A stretch of 64,000 bases of DNA from Selaginella moellendorffii (taxonomy: Eukaryota > Plantae > Lycopodiophyta): contig NW_003314280.1 of assembly GCF_000143415.4 (NCBI RefSeq), positions 2,215,549 to 2,279,548 of the forward strand. Direction: 5' to 3'. Position 1 is the first letter of the stretch. Each line of letters opens with the position of its first letter. Shown piece after piece: positions 48,267 to 61,367 of the stretch. The notes under the pieces are model-generated. The model was not told the DNA's origin and ran no database searches. It saw only the letters and a program-made list of their open reading frames with translations. The position numbers and the translations under genes are program-made.

Positions 48267-51200
48267 CTAGTCCTCCATGAAGATATCTCCCGCCCCACCA
48301 CGTCCCTTTCGCAGGTCCTCGCGAATTTCCTCCTCCCTCTCCTTTAACTCCTTTACCATGGCCTGGATTTGCAGCAGTTCCCGCTCCAGCCTCTTAAACT
48401 TGGACGGGTCAGCTTGCTGCTGCTGCTGCTTCTTTGTTGCAACGCCGTTGACGTGAATCTCAACGGTGCCGTTTGCGACGCAGTCGAAAGAATGCCCGTT
48501 GTCCATCGTCGTCACCATCGTCCCTGCGTTTTTCCCGCTGGCCAGATAGCTATCCATTTGCTTGGACGCGGCCAGTATCAGCCCTGGCAATATTCGAGGC
48601 GCATTGTCAGCAAACTGGACAAGGTGGATGGAAACGTAACGCCAACTTACCCAGGAAAACGGGGGATGGCTTCCCCGGTCGCGACTTAAACTCGGGATGA
48701 AACTGCACACCCACGAAGTACTTGTGTTCTGGCAGCTCGACAATCTGGAAAGCGGTGGGGTGTGAGTTATGAACAAACTGGAGAGCAGGACTGACTCACT
48801 GACTCACCTCCATGCGCCTGCCAGTCTCGTCTTTGCCGACGAACGTGAGGCCGGCTTCCTCGAGCCTGTCAACAAGCTCCGGGTTTACCTGTACAGATTG
48901 GAAGCAATGGTACAAAGAGACAGATGGTTAAAGCTTACCTCGTAACGATGTCGATGTCGCTCATCCACAAAAGACTCGTTACCGTACCTGAACAAAGAAA
49001 GTTTAGCATGCTGTTACGAACGAGTAAACAATTGCCTTACAGCTTAGATGTAAGACAGTTTGGCTTCTGAAAGAATGTCCTCCTCACACCCAGCCTCATC
49101 GTTCCACCTTTGTGAGTCCTAGATATCTACAGGAAGTATTTAAATCGCATGCTAATGAGAGAAATAATATATATACCTCAGGCATGTACAGAACACATGG
49201 ATGCGGTGTTGCAGGATCAAACTCAGTGCTATTCGCGCCGTCGAGGCCAAGGACCTAGTGGACCAGTGAAAAAACAACAATTAGAAGATTAAAAAATTAC
49301 TTGTAACTTACTGAGCGTGCAAACTCAATCACTGCAATTTGCATGCCGAGGCAAACTCCAAGGTAAGGAACATTGTTTTCTCGAGCATATTTTGCAGCCA
49401 AAACCTTCCCTTGTGTTCCTCGATCTCCAAATCCTCCAGGAACCAGAATACCGTCAACACTCTAAGAAAACACTATCAAGACCAAAAAAACTCAAGATAA
49501 ACAACGACACAAACTTTTAACGCGGCCCATGCGGCATCATGTAAGTCTCTGGGCGAACCATCCTCCAAGTCCGTTGACGCAACCCACTCAATCACTAATT
49601 TTCTCCCACAGGCAAGTGACGCATGTGTAAGAGCCTGCAATGCTTTGATGAGATTAGATAGATGATCAACAAATACCTTTAGAACAGAAAGATAGGAGTC
49701 AGATAATCCAGTGTACTTGCCAACCATACCAATCTTGACCTACAAAAATCACATCTTTTAGCTTACAAGCTAGCATCTGGCGACAAAGATAGTTAACAGG
49801 TATCGATAGGGCGTCTGATCGCTCGGCTCTCTGTGTCCATTCAGACAGCTCAGGCTGCGGTGCAGAACTGGGATAAAGTAAAGACAAATTAGCCACGAAT
49901 GATCCAACAATCACACGTCCAAACCTCAGGTTCAGCTTTTTCAAAATAGCTAGATGAACATTTTGATCCTACAACAGAACGTAGTTAGCATTCCTGAAAA
50001 TGAAGAAAGCAATCCTTACTCTTAGTAGTAAAGGCACATGCCAGATATTTGACACGTCGTGGATACTGAGTATATGTCCGGCCTGAAAGAAACAAAGAAA
50101 GGGAGAAAAAGTTTTTAGAAAGCTGGAAAAGACAGTGAACATAAAAAGACGCACCGGAACGTGGCAAAATTGCGAAAGCTTTTCCCTTGTGCACTGCTCC
50201 AGTGGCTACAGAGAAACTTTTAAACCGTTTGAATAAAGCTGACCCATGCTAAGGCTGAAGTTTGTTACCTTCGCGCTTCTACACCCAAGTAAATCGGGCG
50301 TCAGTCCTAAAGCTCGAAGAGCCTGGACGCTATGCTGTGTCGGTTTGGTTTTCTGAAAGCGATCAAAATATTTTTCTTCAGTGATAGCTTTCAGAAGACA
50401 ACATCGTTACCTGTTCTCCAACAACACCGAGGACAGGGATAAGACTGACGTGAACGAGGCAGAAATTCTCCTGTCCTGTTGAAACAGCAAACCGGAGAAA
50501 CTGCGTAAAAAGCAATCCCGTCTTGCAGAAAGCCGACTTACCAACACGAAATTGGAACTGCCTTAACGCCTCAACAAATGGCGACGACTCGATGTCACCT
50601 GTACACGCGAGTCACAACACGAGAAATCATGAGAAAGGCCGAACCCACCAATTGTTCCCCCTAGCTCGATCACGCACACGTCCGCTGCACCTTCTTTCCC
50701 ATCGACAGGCACAACCGCGACACGTTCGATCCACTCTTGGATCTCGACAGTTATATGCGGGACAACCTTGCAAAACAATCCATTGGCCACTTGAAAGGAA
50801 TGCAAACTTACAAAGTCACGCTCACCTGAACGGTCTTCCCAAGGTAATCGCCCCTCCTTTCGGCATCGATGACGGACTGCCAGACGCAGGCAAGTTTCGT
50901 GAAAAACCAAAAGCAATAGACTTTGATACCTGGTAGATTTTTCCAGTGGTGATGTTGTTGTTCTTCGTCAGAGTCACGTCCAAGAAGCGCTCGTAGTTCC
51001 CGAGGTCCAAATCCACCTGCATGTCACGAGGATTACATGGAAGGAGAGACCAAAATCTCATAGTGTGAAAGCAAGGACAACAAACGAACCTCCCCTCCAT
51101 CGTCCAAAACGAAAACTTCCCCATGCTCGAATGGAGACATCGTCCCGGCATCGGTATTGAGATAAGGGTCTAGAAAGCATCGATGAGAAAGCAGCAATGA

Positions 51201-51353
51201 GATGAAACAACGATCCAAGAAGCGAGAATACGCACCGATTTTGATGGAAGTCACGCGCAGGCCGCAGGATTGGAGGACAACGCCAATGCTGCTGGCAGTG
51301 ACGCCCTTGCCGAGGCCGCTGACAACACCGCCGGTGACGATCACGTATTTCAT
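48267..51353 (-). CDS. CTPS: CTP synthase (many short exons)
   Basis: [87 protein letters not shown]. Confidence 0.95.
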
Positions 51354-52089
51354 CCTCGCAGCCGCCCTCCAAAAACCCTGCTTTTCGGCTATAGAACCCT
51401 AAATCAAAGAACGCGGTCCCTCCTCCCGGCAAAACCCCCTCTTTCAAACAAATATCTCTCTCTTTCAATCCTTTTTCTTTTCTTTTTTTTTTCTGTTTTT
51501 ATTTCTTTCCAAGCTTGCCTCTTCGAGAACATCGATTCCGAATCGTCTCTTATTTTTTCTGTCCCGTGCGATCGTTTTGTTTTAGGCGTGTTGACTGGCG
51601 ACGACTTATTCTAACCTCGTCAAATAGTATAATAAAAAGAGATTAGTATTAGCTTGTAAACCAGCCTTTGTTCATAGGCCTTGGGACGTTCTTGTCTTGG
51701 GCCCTTCGCTCCAAAATGGACCTCGTCCTTAGATTTTCTCTCCGTCCCAGCGCGCTCCAGCTGCTCTAGAATCCATGCCTCTCTTCTTCTTTTTTTTCTC
51801 TCGGCGAGTTCGGCCGTCTCTGCCTCAATCATCGCTACAAATGCTGCTCTAGAGACGGATTAAAGAACCTTCCTTCGAAAATAGTGTGACGATGGATCTC
51901 TCTCTGATCGCCTTCGTACAGTCTCCCGCATTGATCTCTCCTGATCCTGATCAGCACAAAATAAGTTTGATCGGTATTCTTTTCTCGTTTCCACCTTGCT
52001 CTTGTCCATGCTCTTGCCAGGCTGCGCTCGTTCTCAGAGACAGATGCGAACTAAAAATCAAGATCACGCTTCTGGAAAAAAGCTATAGA

Positions 52090-52163
52090 CCACCTGGTAG
52101 ATGTTCGTCACGTCTACGAAGCGCTCGTCCGGAGGTCCAAATCCACCTGCACGTCACGAGGAA
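52090..52163 (-). pseudogene. Degenerate duplicate of CTP synthase exon 3 with its splice sites
   Basis: Matches 50928-51032 (ACCTGGTAGAT...AAGCGCTCGT...GAGGTCCAAATCCACCTGCA.GTCACGAGGA) with internal deletions. Confidence 0.8.
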
Positions 52164-52456
52164 GATAGCAAACGAAAACAAAAATTTCTTGGTGTGGAGA
52201 AACAAACGTATTACATTTATATAGAAAACCACGCAACACAAACATGTATAGAAACCATAGTAGTAAGGTGGACGCGGCTTATTTCTCGTTGCGCATGGAT
52301 GGATTGTTTGCTAGATAGCGCAGTAGAGTTGACGATCTACTAGCAGTAACGATCTCGAACTTTCCCGCTTGATCCTGACCATTCTGCCGGAGCACGTAGC
52401 AATGGCAAGTGCCTCCGGTACAAGCATCCTGCCATCCCGCATGTTGCATCATGAGC

Positions 52457-53263
52457 TTAATAGCGCCAATGTGGAAGCTCCAGCGGCTTGTAGAAGAGGC
52501 GATCAAGGTTGACGCGCTCATTCATCTCCCTCTGTGAGATACAGTAGGCTGGAACAGCTCCACTTCCCATGGCACAGACATTCCTCTTCTCGATTTTGAT
52601 GTCGTCTCCCAGTCCCACGATCGTCAGGATTTCCTCGCTGCTGATGATGACTCCACCGTGCTGTGCAAGGTATGGTTGACGAGCACGGCGCAGCTCGTCG
52701 GCGGAGTTGGAGGCCTCAAGCATCTTCTCCAGCACCCTGACCTTGGCGACGTGGCCTCCAAAGACGGCCCAGAGCGTCCCGTTCGCGATCGGGATCGCCT
52801 TCTCCCTTTTTTCGTCGATCACTGGCGGGAGAAAATCTTCCCAGGACCTGAACTGCAGAAACCCGGCGATGCTTTCGATCTGGTTGAGCTCGGCCACAGC
52901 GGCAAAGACCGGCTGTGAGACGCTGGAGCAGCGTTAAGGGAAGAAGGCCTTTCGAACTCGAGACCACGGTGGCGAACCATTTCTGGCCAGGGATGACGCT
53001 GGGATCGCTTCCAAGATAAACACCCCACAAGGGAGGGCGAGCGAGTGGCGCGGCCATCGACAAACAGCATCGTTCCTCCGAGGAACCGGCGAGCCAAGAT
53101 CATGGTGCCCGTCGTCCGCAAAGCAACTCCTCCTCCAGCGCTCACCTCGCTCGCGAATCCACTGACGCTGCCGTTGCCGTCGGCCGCGATCCCCCGATCA
53201 CATCCTCCCTGCGCCGCGAGGAGAGGCGAAAGAGGGAAATCGAGGACGTGAGGAACCGCCATG
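52457..53263 (-). other. Hypothetical GC-rich coding-like region spread over three overlapping frames (probable frameshifted gene)
   Basis: ORFs 52819-53304, 52716-53063 and 52457-52897. VVSSSKGLL is reminiscent of F-box-associated blades. Not identified. Confidence 0.35.
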
Positions 53264-53579
53264 GAGAGAAGAAAAGAAGGAAGATTTCTCGCGCTGGAGA
53301 GCAAGAGAGAAGACGAAAACCCTAGCTAGAGCTCGCTGGAGCGCAAGACGCAAAGATGTGGCCTAGGATTCATGAACCTGGAACTTCAAACGTGAGAATA
53401 TTCGCTCATTCCTACGCCCGCTCCGTACCAACGACTATTTCGTACATATCCTGGATATGGTTAGTTATGCCTTTTCTGACAAAATATTCTAAGAATATGT
53501 GTACCTAATTTAGGTCTATTAAACCTAATTTGACCATGACCGGGAATATACAAGACTTTGACGGTAGTCAACGTAGGCG

Positions 53580-54830
53580 ATGGCTCACTTGAGCAGCGCC
53601 GGCGCCTTCGCTTCAGTGGATTCAATCCACAAGGACACCTGCAGGGCGGCCATCCTGCGCCTCCGCCGCGTCAAGGGATTTGGAAAGTATAGGTTGGCGG
53701 ACGACGAGCGCCTGCAGGCTTGGTTTCCCGCAACACAATCGCATCTGGAGCTTCAGGCCGATGCGGACAGCCGCCTCGGCGTCTCCCGTCCCGTCTCCTA
53801 CATCGGCGGCTTCCTGCTCCTGGAGATGGAGCGCGAGAACGAGATACGCCTGGCGCTGAAACCCATGGACAGTCAAGGATCCGGAAAGCTGGTCTCGTTG
53901 CTGCCACCACTTCACGCACCTCCCAGGCTCCAGCACGCGGCCACCAGTGCTGCTTACAGAGTGCATGTCGATGCCACGTTTCCGTTCTGGCGGATCTCGG
54001 CCATGGAGAGGATCGATGCATTGTGCAGCATCAGCAGCATTCTTCCATGGGTGGCAACCATCGACGGCCTCGCCGAGACGTGGGCTGTGCACGAGGGGAT
54101 CCAGGCGGATATGGTTCCCAGGCATGTCCCCGGCTACGCAGGCCTGAGCCTGGATTCGTGCGCCTACTTCTCAAGGCGAACCGGCGACGACGAGGTCAGC
54201 CTCTTCATCTACGACATGATCAATTGTCCGAGATGGTCAGTGCTCACGGTTCCGGCTCCCGAACGCCACATGGAACAGGCCCAGCAGACAACATCGCACA
54301 AGTTCTTCTCGTACAAGGGGCGCCTGCTCTTGGCATGCGTTTCGTGCAGCTACTTCTGGGCGTCGCCTTTGCTGGAGGTGTGGGAGTTCTGCCCCGTGAA
54401 GAGGCACTGGTACAGGAGGAGCTCGCCGTTTGCGATGGCTGAATGCAAGGCCGCCCGTCGCCACCGGGGTCTTGCTAAAACCAGGAGCAGTCGAGTGAAG
54501 AGCTCAAGCGATGTCTTCCTTGAAAGGCATCCCGATGGTATCGAGTCGTATGGCATCGAGTCGTGGAGAGCCGTGGATGGCCGGAACGCCGCGGTCTTCA
54601 AGCTGGATGGCAACTTCCTCATTGCGTTTCCTCACAGGACTAGCGCGCGGCCCATCCAGGACGCGAATTCTCGCGAGAGGGTGAGGGTGGAGCGGGACTT
54701 TGTGGATCCGGACTCTTACATAAGACATGACAAAGCGGCTTTTCTTCCAGTGGCATACAACTTGGACACGGACGAATGGATCAAGATGGCTGGCTATGAC
54801 AGTGATTTTGTCTATGAGCTCGTCTGTTAA
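53580..54830 (+). CDS. Hypothetical 416-aa single-exon protein, F-box-associated/kelch-like beta-propeller features
   Basis: Long ATG-initiated ORF with blade-like words LFIYDM...RW, FFSYKGRLLL, LEVWEF...W, VAYNLDTDEW. No F-box recognised. Confidence 0.6.
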   Translation: MAHLSSAGAFASVDSIHKDTCRAAILRLRRVKGFGKYRLADDERLQAWFPATQSHLELQADADSRLGVSRPVSYIGGFLLLEMERENEIRLALKPMDSQGSGKLVSLLPPLHAPPRLQHAATSAAYRVHVDATFPFWRISAMERIDALCSISSILPWVATIDGLAETWAVHEGIQADMVPRHVPGYAGLSLDSCAYFSRRTGDDEVSLFIYDMINCPRWSVLTVPAPERHMEQAQQTTSHKFFSYKGRLLLACVSCSYFWASPLLEVWEFCPVKRHWYRRSSPFAMAECKAARRHRGLAKTRSSRVKSSSDVFLERHPDGIESYGIESWRAVDGRNAAVFKLDGNFLIAFPHRTSARPIQDANSRERVRVERDFVDPDSYIRHDKAAFLPVAYNLDTDEWIKMAGYDSDFVYELVC

Positions 54831-54887
54831 TCAAAGAAAATTCTCACTCTTCCTTTATACTACGTAATATGTCGCTTTGATCGATCG

Positions 54888-56777
54888 TCAAAGAGCCGGG
54901 AGATTGAGAGACGGTGGCAGCAGCATCGCGATGGAGAACGTAAACAGCGCAATGATGGAGATGGCCAGCCACGCCAGGAACTGGTGGAGTGGGAACGTCT
55001 GCCTCACAGCATACGACCAGATTGTGCCGCCAAAGGCCGGGCCGACGGCGCGGAAGAAGCTGCACAGGCTGTGGCTCAGCCCCATCACTGCTCCCATGTT
55101 CCCGGAGCTCGCCGAGTTGCTGATGAGGACCAAGACCCCGGTGAAAGTCGTGCACGCGATGGCGCTGCGAGCGGCCATTGCGACGGCGAGGAGCGTCCAC
55201 TGCGCTGGCCGGGCGTGGGAGAGGAGCGATGCCGCCGGGAAGACGAGCCAGAGAGGGACCGAGGTGATCAGTCCCAGCCGGAAGCAGTTGAGAGGCCCGA
55301 GCTTCTGGGAGACGAGCGGATAGAGGAGGAGAGTGTAGAGGAAGAGGACGACTCCTCCCTCCCCGAGGATCAGTCCCAGAGAGGAGGAGCTCAGTCCCAG
55401 TCCTCCCACTCGCTCCGAGGCGGCTCCAAAGATCGGGAAGAGCTCATCTGGATAGAAAAGAACCTTGAGATAGAAGAACTCGAGAAAGTTGACGAACCTG
55501 TTGTGATGAATATCAGCCCTGTTAGCGAGTAGCAGAAGGACGTCAAGAGCACGTTCCGGTCTCTTAGCAGTGGCACAGTTCTGTTTTTGTCGTCGCTGGT
55601 TCCGTCCGGGATCACGACGAACTTTGTGCTCTCGTCTTCGTCGCCGGATTCAGTCACCTTGATGCTCGGATCCGTGCCCATTTCGAGAACACACTGGTGG
55701 CAGTCTTCCTTGGGCTTTGAACCGTTCACCTGGACGTAAGGTACTCGGTTGGGCCTCGTCTCTCGCAAACTCAGGGAGGCAAAAACCGCAGCTGTCGAGA
55801 AGATAGCCGCAGCAACACAAGGGAGAAGGAAGGGGTAGCTTGTAAGGATACGAGGACAGCTCCGGATTCCATATTGTGAGCAAGGCTGAGCTAGGAGCCC
55901 GGATAAAACTGGGCCAGCGACCGAGCCAATTCCCCATGCCAAGTTCAATATGCCAAACCCCTTGGCTTTGTTCGACCTGTTGAGACGGAGCTGCGTGAGG
56001 ACGCTGACTGTGACAACCAAAACTTTACTTACGTTACAACACGATGCTTACCCATCACAGATTTCTCCAAGCACCGATTTTGTAATGGTCATTGTACCGT
56101 TGAGGAGACCGCCAACAAATCTTACAATACAGGCAGACGTGTATCGCTGGCATAAACCCAGCAACAGTGCGGAAACTGCAGAGACAATGTTTCCAAACGC
56201 AAGCCATGGCTGGAAAACAAAATCGTCAGTACATGAAAACTTTCCAGTTGAAGCCAACCTTTCTTCCTGTAGAATCCGACACGGTACCCCACAATATGGA
56301 GGTGCAAAACTGTGCCAGTGGGAACAGAGAGGCCTAAAAAGAAATGAGACATCAGACATATCTTTACATGAGGCAGCAGCTACCAGGATCCCAGCATATT
56401 GCCCGGCTGTGTGAGAGGAGCGACTACCGACGTGATAGTGCTCGACCATGAAAACCAGCTGCATAGAGCTCAAAGTAAGCACCGGAACGTGTTTCAGTAA
56501 AAGCCTTACCATCGGGAACAACATGGTCGTCTGGAAAGCCTGACTTGCATGAATAATCCTAAAACCAAGAACAAGCACGAAAAGCAAGCTTCAGGAGCAG
56601 AACAGAACAGAAGATTTTTCAGATGAAATTACCAGATCATGAAAAGCTCCCATCTGGAAGGAGACGGTTTAGCATCATGAACATCTTGACTAGAATCAAG
56701 AGGACAAACCTGGGAAGGGGTGTAGCCAGCTTGAAGCTAGACTTTTCGTTCGAGTGCTCAAGCTCCAAGTCCCCCAT
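54888..56777 (-). CDS. Major facilitator superfamily transporter, zinc-induced facilitator-like (ZIFL)
   Basis: TPLP start, LFPM..FMV, GQYAGIL, DSTGRK loop, RFVGGLLNG, KSVLGEICD, YPFLLPC, MGAVMGLSHSLCSFFRAVGPAFGG. Start codon is inferred. Confidence 0.85.
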
Positions 56778-57145
56778 CGATCAAGCCTCAATGAAGCTGC
56801 TAGAAGAAGCAGGCGCCACCTCCAAAGCGGACGATCATCACTGGCAAACAGAAGGACGCCAGATGCGATGCATGCATGCAACCGGAGGCGGATGCTCTGG
56901 AGCAACCAAGCCAGCGCCAACCGCTTTGGGGAAGAAGACTGTTACTCTGTTTTGCAGTTTACCATCTGCATTCACATGCGTAAAAAAGGAGACGTCGCAT
57001 CGGTTAGGTCAATACCTTTGCGGTCACTCACGGGACGCCGCCATGCATTTCCCACGCCTCAACAGGAAGACGTCAGCACACATACGTGAAAGTCTATTTA
57101 CCGGGAGTTTTTTTTAAAGCGGGACACAGGCAACTCGCTCTTCTT

Positions 57146-60100
57146 CTAGGAGTGCCGCAGCGGTTCTACGTTCCATATTTCCTCTGCATACTCGCGGATG
57201 GTTCTGTCAGTGCTGAACTGTCCACAACCGGCGGTGCTTAGAATGCTCATCTCGGCCCACCGCTTCTTGTCGACAAATGCTTTGTCAACAGCAGCCTGCG
57301 CAGAAGCACCGAGTGTTTAAGGCACGAGAGTTGTCAAACGGAGAGCGTACCTGAGCTTCCAAGTAAGATGGAAAATCATGGCCTAGCAAGTAATAGTCGT
57401 CCCCAGCTCCGTCAATGGTGTCACATAACGGTTGGAAGTACTCTGCATTGCCAAATACTCCTTTGCGAATCATGCTGAGCAGCAGCAAAATATCATGCTT
57501 AATTCGAATATAGAGAAAAGCAATAAGATACTGTACCCGACCACACGGCGAAACTCCAATACAGGTTGAAAATCTTTTTGCCCGGTTCGCAGCTCTGGGA
57601 TATCCTCTGCGCTGGGACCAAAGAGGAACTAGCCAGAGTGCAAAGTTAAGAGCCATGCAAAATGATAAAAGAGTGACAAACCATATTTTCGCTTCCTAAT
57701 TCTTCTTGAATTTCAACATTGGAGCCATCCTTGGTCCCTACAATGAGACAGCCGTTCATCGCAAACTTCATGTTTCCTGTGCCACATGCCTCACTCCCAG
57801 CAGTGCTGCCAGCCAAAGAAAATTGAACTGTCCGAGGCATTTCTCTAGAAAAAAAAGCTTACCTGAGGTGCTGGGATATATCACTTGCAGGTATTACAAG
57901 TTCTGCCATTGAGACATTATAGTCTGGAATGAAAATCTGCGTGTGCCAAAAGTGATGATCGATCGAACTTTTGGATTTCATACTTACTAGCTTCAATAGG
58001 TCTCCCACATCGGGGTCATTATTTAGCTTGTCGCCAACAGCATGGATCAATTTTATTATCCTTTTTGCATTTTCATAGCCAGGGGCCGCTTTTCCTCCAA
58101 GTATGCAAACGCGAGGCACAACCTTTTTTCTGTCTTCTGCTGTCATATTCTACAGCATAAAAGAGTAAGAATGTGCAAAATAGTGAACTAAAAACAATGC
58201 ACCTTAATGCAATCGTAGCGATGGATGATGCCGATAACATTCAAAAATTGCCTCTTGTACTCGTGAATGCGTTTGATTTGAACGTCAAACATTGCATCGA
58301 CATTCACCTGCAGCCGAGATGAGAGTCAATGGAAGTTAAAGTATCACCCACCTTTGCACCGCTGATTATTTGTATATAGGCTGCTAGCCTTGACTTATTT
58401 GATCTTCTCACCTACAAACCATGAGATAAGCCTTTACCAGAGGAGCTACCAAAAGATACCTTCATCCACTGCTCTTGAAGATTATAATCATTAGCGTGGA
58501 GACGAAGGCCCAAGAGCAAGTCCAGCTCTTTAAGCCAAGCTTCTGTTCCTAGCCACTTAGTGATCAACTGACTTAGATCCGGATTGCTGCATGCCATCCA
58601 TCTCCTCTGTTTTACAGTAAACGTCAACGGCAGGGCAAAACAAATGCGGAATTTACCTGGGTAACACCATTTGTTTTGCACTGAAATTTGTGTGGCCACA
58701 TATCATGAAAGTCCTGATAACACTCCTCGTCACAGATAATTCGGAGATCCAAGGAATGTACCTTAAATAGTGACGATTTAATGAACTCGAAGTGGCTTTT
58801 TGACACTCCGTTCACGGTATGACAGCTTACAAGCGCCAAATTTGCCATACGCACATTCTGCAAGTGGAACACTTGATCAAAGTTTGTTGAAGACAGCGAC
58901 GCTTACTTTCTTCTCGCCTTCCTCGATAATAGATAATCTAGACAGACGAACAAGATCATCGCCAAATTTTTTCTTCATTTCCTCCATAAAATAGAAATTG
59001 ATGCGATAGATTATCTGCAACACGCACCATGAGAAAAACTCAACAAAGATTCCAAAGAAAGACCTGCAAATGGCGTGGCAGAAGGTTCTCTAAAAGCTCT
59101 AAAGGCCACTTTTCCAATGCTTCGGGGAGGATTGCGTGATTTGTAAAAGAGAAAACTTTAGTGGTTATTTCCCATGACTTCACCCAATCTAGCTTCTCCT
59201 CATCCAAAAGTATCCTCATCAGTTCTGCCACGCCAATGATTGGATGTGTATCATTTAGCTGAAAGGCAACCTGACATTTGGACAATTTGTAAGTTAATCA
59301 TTCATTTTACCAAGATACCAACCTTTTGAGGAAAAGCCTCAAAATCGCAATGAAAATCTTTATATCTTCGTACTACATCTTGTAAAGAAGCTGATACCAG
59401 GAAAAATTGCTGTTTCAACCGGAGCTCTTTGCCCTGTAGCATGCGTTGAGTTTACGAAAGAAAAGCATAAAAAATACAACCTGATATGTCCTATCGTCTG
59501 GGTAAAGAATACTGCTGATCGTCTCAGCTCGCTGCTTACTAAGCACTGCATTCACATAGTCGCCAGTACTAAAAGAGTCCTGAAACGGGAAGAAATTAAA
59601 GATCAAAATGATAAAGTTTACATAGCCACCTACTAGTTCAAGTTCGCCACTTGGTTTTGCAGCCCAGAGCCGCAGATTTATGGTATTTTTTGTACCATAC
59701 CCGGGGATTGGATTGTCGTAGGCAACAGCTTCAACCTGTTAATCTAGTTAGTCTCATCGGAGAGAAATCAATATCTGTTTACCGTTTCCCCAGATGTCCA
59801 AATATATGTTTTCTTATTGTTCTCTTGTATTTCGTCCACATGACCATAGAACTGCCGGAATTCGTCAGATTAGAGCCTCCGCTTAGCAGGACTTCGACTA
59901 ACCTTTACAGGATATGTTGTATGAACTCGCTGAATTTCCCATGGATTACCAAAATTTAACCAGTAATCGGGATGCTCGAGTTGGAACCCATCCTGTATAG
60001 TCTGCCTAAACATACCATATTCATATCTTAAACCGTAACTGCCAGAAAAAACAGTACGCTGTTTCGCAGTTCTTGAAACTAATACGTGCTTACCCCCAAG

Positions 60101-61277
60101 CAGGATAGTCTAGAGTCGCAAGCGAGTCTAAAAAACAAGCAGCAAGCCGGCCGAGTCCACCATTTCCAAGAGCAGCATCTCTCTCCTGCAAAAGAAGAAC
60201 AAAAGACAAAGAAAACCTGAGAAACTCTGTAAAACACACACACTATATACCTGCTCGACCAAAATTTCTAAATCGAACCCGAGCTGTTTCAAAGCATCCG
60301 CATACTGTCCCTTGACCCCGATATTGATGATACTGTTTAGCAACGAACGACCTGATTGCATGCAAAGGTTGAGTCATAACGCTCAAGAAGGCGACCTTGA
60401 AGAGAATGCTCACCCATGAGGAACTCCATTGAAAGATAATATATCCTTTTGGGGTCCTTTTCTCTCATAAGTGAATGCGTATCGTTCCATCTCTCGATCA
60501 GCCGGTCCCGCACGCTATAGGCAGTGGCCTAGACATGGAGACACGCGTCAGCCACAAGGATAGGCACGAAAAATCGACAAAACCAATATCACTTACCTGG
60601 TATGCTTCGAAGTCATCAAACCGGAATCGTGATCTCGCCAGAGTATACTCGGAGTGATCCACGATGTTTTTCTGGATGCTAAACGTATCGTTCTTCAAGT
60701 ACTGATCCATGAGCTTGTACATTCGCTCCATCTTGTGCCTAAACCCCGGATCCGAGCTAGGAGCGCCTGGAACGTACGACCTGACGATGAAATCCATGAG
60801 CGATGTTGCAAGGTTGCTCTTCTCCGCGGCATCCAGCTTCTTGTCCCTGGCATTCTTTACCAAAATCTTGAGGAACTGCACAGAAACCCCGTCGTCCATG
60901 GCATTCTCTTCGAGCTGGACCGTCGCCTCGGCAACCTTGAATCCCAGATTCTTCACAAGGGCCACTGCTCCTTGCAACACATCCAATCCCTTGTTCTTGA
61001 CGCGAGCGGCGAGGAGGCAATCGCTCTCCCAGAAAACCGCCACTTCCCCGGCGGCATCCGACGCGATCGTCCCTACCTTGGAATCCAGAGCGGCAAATCT
61101 CCCACTGCCGCTCGCCCCAATCTGCGTCACCGATCGCTGCGCCGCGATATTTCCATGCCCGAGCGGTGGATTCTGCCATATCCGTGGATGATCCGGCGAG
61201 GCAATGCCGGCGCGCTTGCTCCCACAGCCGTGATGCCGCCATGGAAGAATCGCGGCGACGCTCGCCACCCGCGCCAT
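57146..61277 (-). CDS. Alpha-1,4-glucan phosphorylase with transit peptide and ACT-like N-terminal region
   Basis: [94 protein letters not shown]. Confidence 0.93.
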
Positions 61278-61367
61278 AGCCAGAGAGCTCCCTTTGCCAC
61301 ACTACCTAGACTACTCGATACACATGACAATGAGAAGCCACAAACTCCCCTAGCAAATATATGTCGC

